55,738 bases of DNA, taken from assembly GCA_049287785.1 (NCBI GenBank), contig JBAQGL010000007.1:1-55738 (forward strand), written 5' to 3'. The notes under the pieces are model-generated. The model was not told the DNA's origin and made no database searches. It saw only the letters and a list, made by a program, of their open reading frames with translations. The number at the start of each line of letters is the position of its first letter. The first letter of the stretch is position 1. Positions 21,263 through 29,436 of this stretch are shown here, in pieces. The position numbers were made by a program, and so were the translations under genes. The stretch comes from Candidatus Dormiibacterota bacterium (GTDB lineage Bacteria; Chloroflexota; Dormibacteria; Aeolococcales; Aeolococcaceae).

Positions 21263-22435
21263 GTGAGCACGTATGACGTGGCCGTCGTCGGCCTCGGCGC
21301 TGCCGGCGCGGCGACCCTCTACCAACTGGCCCGGCGCGGGATCAGCGCCGTCGGCATCGATCGATTCTCACCCCCGCACATCTACGGGTCCACGCACGGG
21401 GACACGCGCATCACCCGCGAGGCGATCGGCGAGGGCGAGGCCTATACGCCGCTGGTCCAGCGCTCGCACGCGATCTGGCGCGAGCTCGAGGCCGAAACCG
21501 GCCTGACCCTGCTCACGCAGTGCGGCGGGCTGATCCTCGAGTCCGCGGGCGGTGGGGCAGCCGGACACCACCGTCACGAGTTCCTGGCCAGCACCATCGC
21601 CTGCGCGAATCGATATGGGATCAGGCACGAGCTGCTGAGCGCCGCCGACATCGCCGGCCGGTTCCCTCAGTTCGGGCTGGACGGTGACGAATCCGCGTAC
21701 TACGAGCCGACCGCCGGGTTCGTCCGTCCAGAGCGTTGTGTCGAGGCGCAACTGACGGTCGCGAGCCGCCTCGGCGCCGAGATCCGCCGTGACGAGCGCG
21801 TCCTCGCCGTCGAACCGTCGAGCAGCGGCGTCCGAGTGCGCACCGACCGCGGCGCCGTCGATGCCGGCAGCGCGGTGCTCGCGGTGGGCGCGTGGGTTCG
21901 CGACTTCGTCGCTGCGGAGCAGCTGCGGCTGTTCAACGTGTACCGGCAGGTCCTGCAGTGGTACGAGCTGAGGCCAGACGCGGTCGATCACACGCCGGGT
22001 GCCATGCCGGTATTCATCTGGGGGCTGAGCGACGGCAACGCGTTCTATGGTTTCCCGGCGATCGACGGCACTCGCGAGATCAAGGTGGCCAACGAACAGC
22101 TCGACACCGCAACCGGTGCCGACGACGCATCGCTCGACGTGGATCCGGACGAGCCGCGTCAGCTCTACGAGTCGCTGATCGGCAGGCGAGTCCCGGGCCT
22201 CTCGTCGCGTGTGCTGCGCGCGGTTCGGTGCCTGTACACGGTCACGCCGGACGCGAATTTCATCATCGACGACCACCCGGACCTGCCCGGCGTGCTGCTG
22301 GTCTCGCCGTGCTCGGGCCACGGGTTCAAGCACTCGGCCGGCCTCGGCGAGGCTATCGCGCAGCGCATCACGACAGGCGCGAGCGTCGCGGACCTCTCGT
22401 CGTTCCGGCTCGATCGATTCGGCGCCGCCGTCTAG
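21263..22435 (+). CDS. FAD-dependent oxidoreductase, monomeric sarcosine / N-methyltryptophan oxidase-like
   Basis: N-terminal dinucleotide fold YDVAVVGLGAAGAATLYQLARRG. C-terminal SPCSGHGFKHSAGLGE is typical of the MSOX/MTOX family. GTG start. Confidence 0.8.
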   Translation: MSTYDVAVVGLGAAGAATLYQLARRGISAVGIDRFSPPHIYGSTHGDTRITREAIGEGEAYTPLVQRSHAIWRELEAETGLTLLTQCGGLILESAGGGAAGHHRHEFLASTIACANRYGIRHELLSAADIAGRFPQFGLDGDESAYYEPTAGFVRPERCVEAQLTVASRLGAEIRRDERVLAVEPSSSGVRVRTDRGAVDAGSAVLAVGAWVRDFVAAEQLRLFNVYRQVLQWYELRPDAVDHTPGAMPVFIWGLSDGNAFYGFPAIDGTREIKVANEQLDTATGADDASLDVDPDEPRQLYESLIGRRVPGLSSRVLRAVRCLYTVTPDANFIIDDHPDLPGVLLVSPCSGHGFKHSAGLGEAIAQRITTGASVADLSSFRLDRFGAAV

Positions 22436-22752
22436 AGCTTCCGCGTCTTGACCGCGGTCCCGTAGGCGCAGATCTCGGTCCAGGTCCCACCCATCTCCGA
22501 GGTGTCGAACCGCATCGCGACGATCGAGTCGCCTCCCTTCGCCGTGGCCTCACTGCACATCCGCTCGATGACCTCCTGGCGGCTCTGCGCGAGGTTCTGG
22601 GTCATGCCCTTGAGCTCGCCGCCCATGAGTGACTTCAGGCCGGCGCCGAACTGGGAGCCGATGTTCCGGGAGCGAACCGTGAGCCCGAAGACCTCACCGA
22701 GGACCTCGGTTATCTCGTAACCGGGTAGATCGTTGGCGGTGCTGATGAGCAT
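22432..22752 (-). CDS. ybjQ: YbjQ/UPF0145-family protein
   Basis: MLISTANDLPGYEITEVLGEVFGLTVRSRNIGSQFGAGLKSLMGGELKG... is typical of the YbjQ_1 family. Start set at MLIST (22752). Confidence 0.85.
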   Translation of the reverse strand: MLISTANDLPGYEITEVLGEVFGLTVRSRNIGSQFGAGLKSLMGGELKGMTQNLAQSRQEVIERMCSEATAKGGDSIVAMRFDTSEMGGTWTEICAYGTAVKTRKL

Positions 22753-22858
22753 TGGCGTGCCTCCTGGTGAGCCTGGCATGGATCGTGCATTGCGACATCG
22801 ATAGGTGATACCAGGATGCCGCCGTCTCAGGCACGGCGACAGCGCGTGCGCCTGCTCG

Positions 22859-23509
22859 TCAGGCCTGCGCCCGGGTGCGCATCTCGCGCTCCGACTGTGC
22901 ACGCGCGGAGAACCAGGCGAGCGCTGCCGGCAGCACGAACGGGACCATCAACAGGCGCAACCAGTCCCACAGCGTGTTGCCGCGGAAGCCGGTCCAGGCC
23001 CAGTCCAGGGCGTACCCGCCGACGACCACGACGACAAAGATGGCGAGGCCCGCCAGGCCGACCACACGCCACCGAGCCTCGAAGCGCTTGTTGGTCGCAA
23101 ACCACAGTGGCAGCGACGCGACGACCACCGGCAGCGCAAGCAACTCGAGCCAGTCCCAGAGCGTGTTGCCCTTGAACCCTGTCCACCCCCAGTTGAATGC
23201 ATAGCCACCGACAATCAGAACGACGAAGGCCACCCCAACGACGCCGAAGACCACGTGCCACTCCATCATCCAGCGCTCGCGCGTCCGGTACCAGATCGGG
23301 AGCGTCGCGAGCACCACGGGCAGCACGATCACGTGGAGCAGATCCCACAGCTGGTCGCTGGGGGTCACCCCGGTCCACGACCAGTGGAACTCGTACCCGC
23401 CGAACAGCGCGATGGTCAATGCCACCACAGCGCCCGGGAGCACCCACTTGATCAAGGGCGACAGTGGTTCCTGGCGCGGTGTCGTGGCCTGGGCTCGGGC
23501 GAAATCCAT
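22859..23509 (-). CDS. Integral membrane protein built from three tandem copies of a ~65-aa two-helix module
   Basis: Three repeats each carry GGY.F.W.WTG(F/V)..(N)..LWD(W/L)L.LL..P.V...LP.W. See findings. Confidence 0.6.
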   Translation of the reverse strand: MDFARAQATTPRQEPLSPLIKWVLPGAVVALTIALFGGYEFHWSWTGVTPSDQLWDLLHVIVLPVVLATLPIWYRTRERWMMEWHVVFGVVGVAFVVLIVGGYAFNWGWTGFKGNTLWDWLELLALPVVVASLPLWFATNKRFEARWRVVGLAGLAIFVVVVVGGYALDWAWTGFRGNTLWDWLRLLMVPFVLPAALAWFSARAQSEREMRTRAQA

Positions 23510-23548
23510 GGCGGGAATGATGGCGCGCTGTGCAGGGCCCTGGTGGGA

Positions 23549-24439
23549 TCAACTCGACCGCGCCGGCCCTTCTGTAAAGGCGCTGGCGTGATCGGCGACC
23601 CAGTGGCGAAACGATCGCGTCGCCGATCCGAGGAGGTCGGACACCGTCGACGTGATGTACGCAGGCTTTCCGATCGTTGCGCCCCACGCTGTGAGCAGCA
23701 TATCCACGACCGGGCGCGGCCAGCTGCCCTCCGTCTCGCTTCGAAACTCGTCGGGCGACAGCTCCTCAAATTTGATCCGACGCCCCACGACGTCACCGAT
23801 GATGCTCACCTGCTCTGCCTGGCTCAATGACTCCGAGCCCGTGAGGACGTAGTCGCCTCCCCCATGTCCTTGCTGATACAGGGACCGCGCCGCGACGGCG
23901 GCCACGTCGCGGTCATCGACTGGTGCTGTCTCGGCAGCGCCGTACGGCCATCGGACGACACCGTCGCTGCGAATCGCCGGCGCCCACCAGAACAGCGCGT
24001 TGGACGCGAGCATCCCCGGCCGGATGATGGTCGATGGGATCCCGGCGCCCGTGATAAGCCGCTCGATATCGGCGTGGAGCACCGCCATGGGATTCGGTTG
24101 CTGGAAAAAAGGATGTGGTGTTTGGTGCGGTGATGAGAGAAGGACGACCCGCTGTGCGTAGGTAGCGAGACGCTCGACAACCGCTGAAGCAGACGCCGGC
24201 GGCGCGGTCCACACGAGGAAGACGGCACCGACACCTCGCAGGGCAGCGTCGAGCGATTCGGGCACGGTGAGGTCGCCGGTGACGACCTCGACGTCCGCCG
24301 GCAACATTGCCGCCGCATCGGTGCGATGCGCGAGGGCACGCACCGGCACGCCTGCCTCGATGAGGAGATCGACCACGAGGCCGCCAACCCGGCCTGTCGC
24401 TCCGGTGACAAGTACAGGAGACACGGGCGCCTCTGTCAT
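23549..24439 (-). CDS. NmrA-like / atypical SDR NAD(P)-binding protein
   Basis: N-terminal Rossmann motif VLVTGATGRVGGLVVDLL. About 296 aa with NmrA-like layout. Confidence 0.8.
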   Translation of the reverse strand: MTEAPVSPVLVTGATGRVGGLVVDLLIEAGVPVRALAHRTDAAAMLPADVEVVTGDLTVPESLDAALRGVGAVFLVWTAPPASASAVVERLATYAQRVVLLSSPHQTPHPFFQQPNPMAVLHADIERLITGAGIPSTIIRPGMLASNALFWWAPAIRSDGVVRWPYGAAETAPVDDRDVAAVAARSLYQQGHGGGDYVLTGSESLSQAEQVSIIGDVVGRRIKFEELSPDEFRSETEGSWPRPVVDMLLTAWGATIGKPAYITSTVSDLLGSATRSFRHWVADHASAFTEGPARSS

Positions 24440-24469
24440 AGCGCCTCTGACATGAGGTCTCTCACGCTC

Positions 24470-25528
24470 CTAGAAGTCGGTGCGCAGCCTGCGATATCGG
24501 GCAGACGGACCCTTCGTGACACTCTCCACGACACCTTCGCCGCGGAGGTCTGCGAGAACCTTCCTTATCAGGTCGTCCGACACTCCCGGGCACGCCTTCC
24601 GGACGTCCTTGATGGTGAACTCCGTGGCGATCGATGATCGAACGAAAGCGCGGATCGCTTCACTCTTGGCCCCCTTGGGACCTAGGGCACCAGTGCGCGC
24701 CTCGAACTCCTTGTACGCACGAATCAAGACGCTGAGGAGATACCGAAGCCACGGGACGGGGTCATTCTTGCCGACCTCCCAATCGGTCGTGGAGGCGGCC
24801 AAGGCCTCGTAGTACGTCTCCTTGCTATCCGCGATGATCTTCTCGACGCTTATGAAGCGCCCCACGTCGTACTCACTTCGATACAGCAGCAGCAAGGTGA
24901 GGAGGCGTGACATCCGTCCGTTTCCGTCTCGAAACGGATGGATCAGTAGGAAGTCAAGGATGTACCCGGCGGTGAGCACCAGCGGATGGTGCCTCCCGCT
25001 GGCGCTTGCCGCGTTGTATGCCTCATGCAGCAGGCGCATTTCATCTTTCGTCTTCCACGCCGGGGTCGGCTTGAAGCGGACCCTGGTAGTGCCGTCCGCA
25101 AGCTCCTCGGTCACCTCGTTATCGGCGTTCTTGTACTCACCTCCACGGCCTGGACTGAACGAGTACAGCTGCTGGTGGAACTGCAGGATCACGTTCTCGG
25201 TGAACGGGATGTGCTCAGCTTTGGTGGTGTGGATGAGATCGAGGACCAGTCGATAGCCGGCGATCTCTTCCTCCGACCGGTTCAGTGGGGTGGCCTTTTC
25301 CTCGACCAGAGCTTTGATCCTGGCCGTTGGTGCGGTGATTCCTTCGATCTCGTTGGATGCCTCCGTGCTCTGGATCCTCGCGATCTTCTTGAGAGAGTCC
25401 AACCGCTCCGGGAACTGGATCGCGAAAGCTGTCTGGCGACCCTGAGCCTGGTCGACGGCGCGAAGAAGCTCGGTTACCTCGCCAGGGATCAGCCCGAGTT
25501 TCGCCTCAATATCGCCGACCGTGCTCAC
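24470..25528 (-). CDS. Fic-family protein (AMPylase-type) with N-terminal inhibitory helix motif and C-terminal winged-helix
   Basis: Fic motif HPFRDGNGRMSRLL. Inhibitory-type motif SNEIEG ([ST]xxxE[GN]). C-terminal wHTH-like IRKVLADLRGEGVVESV. GTG start. Lower G+C than its neighbours (33/60 on line 24841). Confidence 0.9.
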   Translation of the reverse strand: MSTVGDIEAKLGLIPGEVTELLRAVDQAQGRQTAFAIQFPERLDSLKKIARIQSTEASNEIEGITAPTARIKALVEEKATPLNRSEEEIAGYRLVLDLIHTTKAEHIPFTENVILQFHQQLYSFSPGRGGEYKNADNEVTEELADGTTRVRFKPTPAWKTKDEMRLLHEAYNAASASGRHHPLVLTAGYILDFLLIHPFRDGNGRMSRLLTLLLLYRSEYDVGRFISVEKIIADSKETYYEALAASTTDWEVGKNDPVPWLRYLLSVLIRAYKEFEARTGALGPKGAKSEAIRAFVRSSIATEFTIKDVRKACPGVSDDLIRKVLADLRGEGVVESVTKGPSARYRRLRTDF

Positions 25529-25534
25529 ACCCCT

Positions 25535-25563
25535 ATATTACTAGTAGCTGGGGACTCTACCAA
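25535..25563 (-). promoter_or_regulatory. Candidate sigma70-type promoter of the Fic gene
   Basis: Read on the minus strand: TTGGTA, a 17-nt spacer, then TAATAT. The -10 ends 6 nt before the GTG start, so the mRNA would be near-leaderless. Confidence 0.4.
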
Positions 25564-25632
25564 TATAAGAGGCAACAATACGAATATGGATGCCTCTTCG
25601 GCTGGGCCAGCGGCGACCTTGCGCACCAGTCT

Positions 25633-25660
25633 ATTGGTAAGAACATTGGAACTTACCAAT
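25633..25660. promoter_or_regulatory. Perfect 9-bp inverted repeat ATTGGTAAG-N10-CTTACCAAT upstream of Fic; candidate operator
   Basis: Seen directly. Related TACCAA(T/C) copies lie at 25558-25566 (overlapping the -35) and 25674-25680. Confidence 0.5.
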
Positions 25661-25704
25661 ATGGCGCTCTTCCTACCAACTTAGCCTTGCGGTGCGATCG
25701 CCCC

Positions 25705-25762
25705 TCAGCTCGCCAGCCGTACCGGTCGCACCGCGTCGTGAAGCCCCTCAGCCTGGGGTCCG
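25705..25762 (-). pseudogene. Relic of the 3' end of a DUF2442-type gene
   Basis: 25705-25749 matches 41749-41793 (the 3' end of the island DUF2442 gene) at 41 of 45 positions. The minus strand translates ...EGLHDAVRPVRLAS* versus ...EGLHDAVRPVQRAS*. Confidence 0.6.
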
Positions 25763-25815
25763 TGCCGGGAGAGGGAGTCGAACCCTCACGAGGTTGTCCT
25801 CGGCGGTTTTTGAGA
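25763..25815. repeat. attL: 53-bp direct repeat, a partial copy of the 3' part of tRNA-Leu(CAA)
   Basis: Identical base for base to 43565-43617. The sequence diverges at 25816 (g) versus 43618 (c). No tRNA 5' half is present. Confidence 0.9.
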
Positions 25816-25929
25816 GCCCGGTCCGAGCGTTTCCGCGTGCCACCGGGGGCCGGCGCGTATTCCGCAGACCCGTCGAACGTGTCTCCGCGTGCTGCTGCGG
25901 GGTGCGGGCTGATAGCGCCGTAGGGGTAC

Positions 25930-25950
25930 GCCTAGGGGTCCTGGGCACAT
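25930..25950 (+). repeat. Pair of (G/C)TAGGGGT(A/C) motifs inside attL; candidate arm-type integrase sites
   Basis: cCGTAGGGGTACgcCTAGGGGTCc. The same motif and orientation occur as the tandem pair at 43469-43490. Confidence 0.45.
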
Positions 25951-26044
25951 CGAGACCCGTGATTGCCTCCGCCGTACCCACCGCCTGGCCGGGACGCCGA
26001 CCATTTGCGGAGACAGTCGTGCTTTGGACCTGCCCTCTGAATCG

Positions 26045-26073
26045 TTGACTCCCCCCAAGTGGGGGCGTACGAT
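26045..26073 (+). promoter_or_regulatory. Candidate sigma70-type promoter reading into the exported-protein cassette
   Basis: TTGACT, then the 17-nt spacer ccccccaagtgggggcg, then TACGAT. It lies about 290 nt upstream of the first cassette gene. Confidence 0.35.
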
Positions 26074-26368
26074 CCGGCCATGGCAGGGAGATGAGTCAGG
26101 TGCTGGCACCAGGTCGCAGCGCACATTTGGAGCTTGGATGCTGGGCGCTCATTGGCGCGCTGGGGGTAAGGGGTGGTACGCGGCCGTATGAGGTTGCGAC
26201 CCGAACGGGCAATCAGAGCGTGATGTCGCCGGGCGGCAGCGAGTTGCGGTTCTCGCCGCCGCAGAGTCGCGGCGCTCTACTCCTGTTGGCATCGCATGGC
26301 ACCGCCCCTCAGGCAATCGCGGTCATTGCAGACGAATCCGAGGACGCCAGGCGGTAAGGAGGAAGGCT

Positions 26369-27448
26369 ATGGGTTTCAAGGTCAGCGCAACCCGACGCGA
26401 GGGCGCCGGATTGCCGACGGACACCAGGAAGCCCTTATCCGACCGCTTCGCAGCGTTGTTTGTTGGCCTTATCGTCGCCCTTTCAGTGAGCTTTATCGTT
26501 TCGATTGGCACTTCGAGAACGGTGCGAGCGGCCACGGCGCCGGCCTACACCGACTCGGACTATGTCGAAAGCCTGAATTACGGCAACTGGAATTCATACG
26601 GGTGCTCTGAGGTTCAGGCTGCTACGGCAGCGCACCTGACCACGATCTCGGTGATCCTGGATTTCGGACAACCGACCGACAGTGGGGGCCATTATGGGAC
26701 GACCATCTACGGCGCCGGCACGTTCGCTGTGTGGGACAGCAACGGACTCGGGATCCGAGCAGTCATCGTCCAGTTCCTTGACGGCTACTGGAATTGCCAC
26801 ACCACTAGTAGCCCTTTTATGACGTTGATCGTCGGCGTCAGTGCCATTTACAGCAAGATCAATTACAGCACCTACGAAAATGCCTACTGGATGGGCGAGG
26901 TGGTGACTGCCGAGGACACGTGGCTGCAAAACACCGGGTATATCTCGCTGATGTACACGGATGCGGGAAGCGACACCGAGACAAGTTCATCGTATGCGAC
27001 GTACAGTTACGTGAGTTCGTATCTCGGCAAGGAGTATGCTACCGATCCGAACAACTTTATCTTTGACTTTGGGGATGCGGGTAGCTGCCCAACGGGTAGC
27101 TATTCAGCGACTGGCAAGTGCGCCAACTGGACGCAAGGACAGATTCTTGACCTTTCGTGGCAGGAGATCTACGCACTGCCGCTACCAGAGGACTACAACA
27201 CAGTCCAGGCACAGGCACAGCAATGGTATTGGCTCAGTATCGGCAGCATCCGAACTGGGGATGGCCCGATACGTTTTGACGGTGAGTTAACGCAGTATCA
27301 GGCATGTCAGCAACGGGGCGGTTGCTCGGGTACGAATAATCTTCCGAGCACGGGCTGGAGCTTTCTCTACAATGAGATTTGGTCGAACACGAGTACACGT
27401 CCAGGCGACGTGATGTGGTGGTCGGATGATATCCGATATATCGGCTAA
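26369..27448 (+). CDS. Exported protein of unknown family (cassette gene A, 359 aa)
   Basis: AAGGAGG sits 7 nt upstream of the ATG. N-terminal anchor/signal FAALFVGLIVALSVSFIVSIG..VRA-AT. The mature part is rich in Y/W/G/T/S/N. No motif recognised. Confidence 0.7.
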   Translation: MGFKVSATRREGAGLPTDTRKPLSDRFAALFVGLIVALSVSFIVSIGTSRTVRAATAPAYTDSDYVESLNYGNWNSYGCSEVQAATAAHLTTISVILDFGQPTDSGGHYGTTIYGAGTFAVWDSNGLGIRAVIVQFLDGYWNCHTTSSPFMTLIVGVSAIYSKINYSTYENAYWMGEVVTAEDTWLQNTGYISLMYTDAGSDTETSSSYATYSYVSSYLGKEYATDPNNFIFDFGDAGSCPTGSYSATGKCANWTQGQILDLSWQEIYALPLPEDYNTVQAQAQQWYWLSIGSIRTGDGPIRFDGELTQYQACQQRGGCSGTNNLPSTGWSFLYNEIWSNTSTRPGDVMWWSDDIRYIG

Positions 27449-27461
27449 GGGGGATGACGAC

Positions 27462-28088
27462 ATGAGGCCTCAACGGGTGTTCAGCTGCGGCAAGGTCGTG
27501 AAACGCCTGCTCTATGGATGCCTGGCATGCGTGGCTGCGGGGACGATGGGTGCCGTGATCGTCGCTCATGCGGGAGGCAGCAGCCGTGCCGCGCAGATCA
27601 CTGGCCCTTCGTCGTATCTGGGCTCCTTGCCAGCATCAAAGCAACCAATTGTTGACCACATGAAAGCGATGATCGCCAAGGGCAATCCGCATCCAGCCGC
27701 CCCTGATGCCAATGCCTCGAAGGCTATCACGATAGCGCCGTGCACGAGGGACCTATCGCTGTTCATCAGGGGACTCACGGCTCCGCATAGCCAGATCGAC
27801 ATCCCTAACCTCCAGAACTACGTCTTCAGCAACGAGTGGGGAGCGCCCAACGGCGCTGAGTCCGTTATGGCCGGCGCGGCGGTGAGGACCGGCGCGGGGA
27901 TCGTCAGTGTCGAGCGTTGGAATCCGCCGACCGACTGCACGCCGACAGTGGCCGTCTACCAGGCCGCGCTCGGCAGCGGAATGTTGACGATCACTCGAGT
28001 CGCCCGAGGGGTGGTTTGGCTCGATGGCGCGGGGAGCTCCGTGTGGCAGTTCAGTTTCAACAGCGACAGCTTCCAGGAAGTCCCCTAA
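27462..28088 (+). CDS. Exported protein of unknown family (cassette gene B)
   Basis: Start chosen at ATG 27462 (MRPQRV), preceded by AAGGGGGA. Hydrophobic N-terminus LLYGCLACVAAGTMGAVIVAHA. Two Cys in the mature part. Confidence 0.6.
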   Translation: MRPQRVFSCGKVVKRLLYGCLACVAAGTMGAVIVAHAGGSSRAAQITGPSSYLGSLPASKQPIVDHMKAMIAKGNPHPAAPDANASKAITIAPCTRDLSLFIRGLTAPHSQIDIPNLQNYVFSNEWGAPNGAESVMAGAAVRTGAGIVSVERWNPPTDCTPTVAVYQAALGSGMLTITRVARGVVWLDGAGSSVWQFSFNSDSFQEVP

Positions 28089-28098
28089 ACTCAACTCG

Positions 28099-28632
28099 AT
28101 GCGTTATTGGGAGGCCGTGCTAGTCACGGCCGTGGTCACGGCCGTGGTCACGGCCGTGGCTGGTTGTGGCGGCACCTCAACGCCTAGTGGGACGCCTACT
28201 CCTGCCCCGAGCGGGTCGCCTTCGGCCAGCCCTGTTCCCACGCAGAGTCCCACGCCTGCTCCCACACCTACCACGGCGCCGCTGACCGAGGGACTGTCAT
28301 GGTCTGGAGCTGCGAGTGGCAGGCTCGCACAGGCTTACACGACCTGTGCGCCAAGCAGCCCCAACCTGATTGGGCTGGACGCTACTAACAACGGTGACCA
28401 AGTTCTGATTCCGATTCACGCCGCCGGAACGGTGACTGAACCTGCGAACAACTTGAGCGTCGAGCTCTACCTGTCAACCCCGGCCAGCGGCTTCACTCTG
28501 TTCTTGGCAGTCTCAGGGACGGTTATATACACCGGCGGTGGAGACACGGGCAGCATGGACGTGAGGCTCACTCCGCAGAGCAATACCTCGACTTCCGTGG
28601 CGATTCACATGAGTGGGGCGTGGCAGTGCTAA
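28099..28632 (+). CDS. Lipoprotein of unknown family (cassette gene C)
   Basis: MRYWEAVLVTAVVTAVVTAVAGC has the lipobox VAG-C. A Pro/Thr/Ser-rich linker follows, then a ~110-aa domain ending in Cys. Confidence 0.65.
   Translation: MRYWEAVLVTAVVTAVVTAVAGCGGTSTPSGTPTPAPSGSPSASPVPTQSPTPAPTPTTAPLTEGLSWSGAASGRLAQAYTTCAPSSPNLIGLDATNNGDQVLIPIHAAGTVTEPANNLSVELYLSTPASGFTLFLAVSGTVIYTGGGDTGSMDVRLTPQSNTSTSVAIHMSGAWQC
28123..28158 (+). repeat. Perfect 3 x 12-bp tandem repeat (gtcacggccgtg) inside the lipoprotein signal peptide
   Basis: Seen directly. It encodes VTAV-VTAV-VTAV. Confidence 0.9.
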
Positions 28633-29016
28633 ACGCCGGTCTCGGCTGGCTGCACTGACCGCGGTCGCATCGGCCACAATCGCGGCGGAGGCAGAAGACC
28701 CCGATCGCGCTCAGCGGATGATGTTTGGCTGTCGGAGGGCATCGTCACTCACTTCATCTATGACCCGAATCGCGGGTCGTTGGAGCAGATCTCCGGATCC
28801 AACGTGCTGCTCTACCACGTGGATCAGTCGGCTCGACACGAGTGCTCACCGACAGGTCAGGAAGTGTCGAGGAAACAGCTACCGGGGTGGTTTCAAGACC
28901 GGCAGGGAAGTGTTAGAGGATGCCGTGCAGGGTCGGCGTGAACTCGGGCGCAACGGCGGTGGTGCCGCCGGGTACCACTGCGTGCTGGCCGGTAGCGTCC
29001 CCAACTGGGGTATGAA

Positions 29017-29376
29017 ATGGGGTACGCCCGGCGGATGAGGACACCACAGCGCGGGTGCGGCTTCCATGCTGGGGCGACCCAGCTCACGGCCCAGCGCGAC
29101 CGTGGTGGCGATCGCATCGCCAACAACGCACTCTGGCGCATCGTCATGGTGCGCCTTAGCTGTGATCAGCGCACCAAGACCTACGTCGGCCGTCTCACCG
29201 CCGAGGGAATCGCCAAGCGCGACATCATCCGCTGCCTCGACGCTACGTCCCGCGAGGTGCTCCACGGGCTCCTCGCAACACCCCCGGCATCGACGCTCAC
29301 CAGTGCTCGACAAGGTATAGGAGCATCACGATTGACTCCGGGCGGAGACAGGCGTAACGTGCAGCCGTCAAGGTAG
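29017..29376 (+). pseudogene. C-terminal fragment of an IS110-family transposase (relic)
   Basis: ...QRDRGGDRIANNALWRIVMVRLSCDQRTKTYVGRLTAEGIAKRDIIRCLDATSREVLHGLL matches the conserved IS110 C-terminal pattern (RLNRGGDRxxNxAL..I...R......T..Y..R..AEGK...E..RCLKR..AREVY). The N-terminal DEDD domain is missing. Confidence 0.6.
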
Positions 29377-29436
29377 CTGCGAGCCCCGCGCCCGCACCTG
29401 TCGAGAAGGGATCAAGACCGCCCAGCACTAGGAGGT

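Noticed and set aside
25763-25815. The left repeat as a second, functional tRNA-Leu gene.
   Set aside because: Only the 53 nt shared with the 3' part of the real tRNA are present. The adjoining sequence (gcccggtccgagcg...) cannot form the D-arm or the 5' acceptor strand.
26091-26357. 88-codon ORF in the leader of the exported-protein cassette.
   Set aside because: No usable Shine-Dalgarno spacing (GGGAG abuts the ATG), no recognisable motif, and composition unlike the cassette genes. It is treated as non-coding leader.
28613-29038. 141-codon ORF between lipoprotein gene C and the IS110 relic.
   Set aside because: It overlaps the end of gene C and has an Arg/Ser-rich translation. Its tail more likely belongs to frameshifted remains of the IS110-type transposase than to an intact gene.
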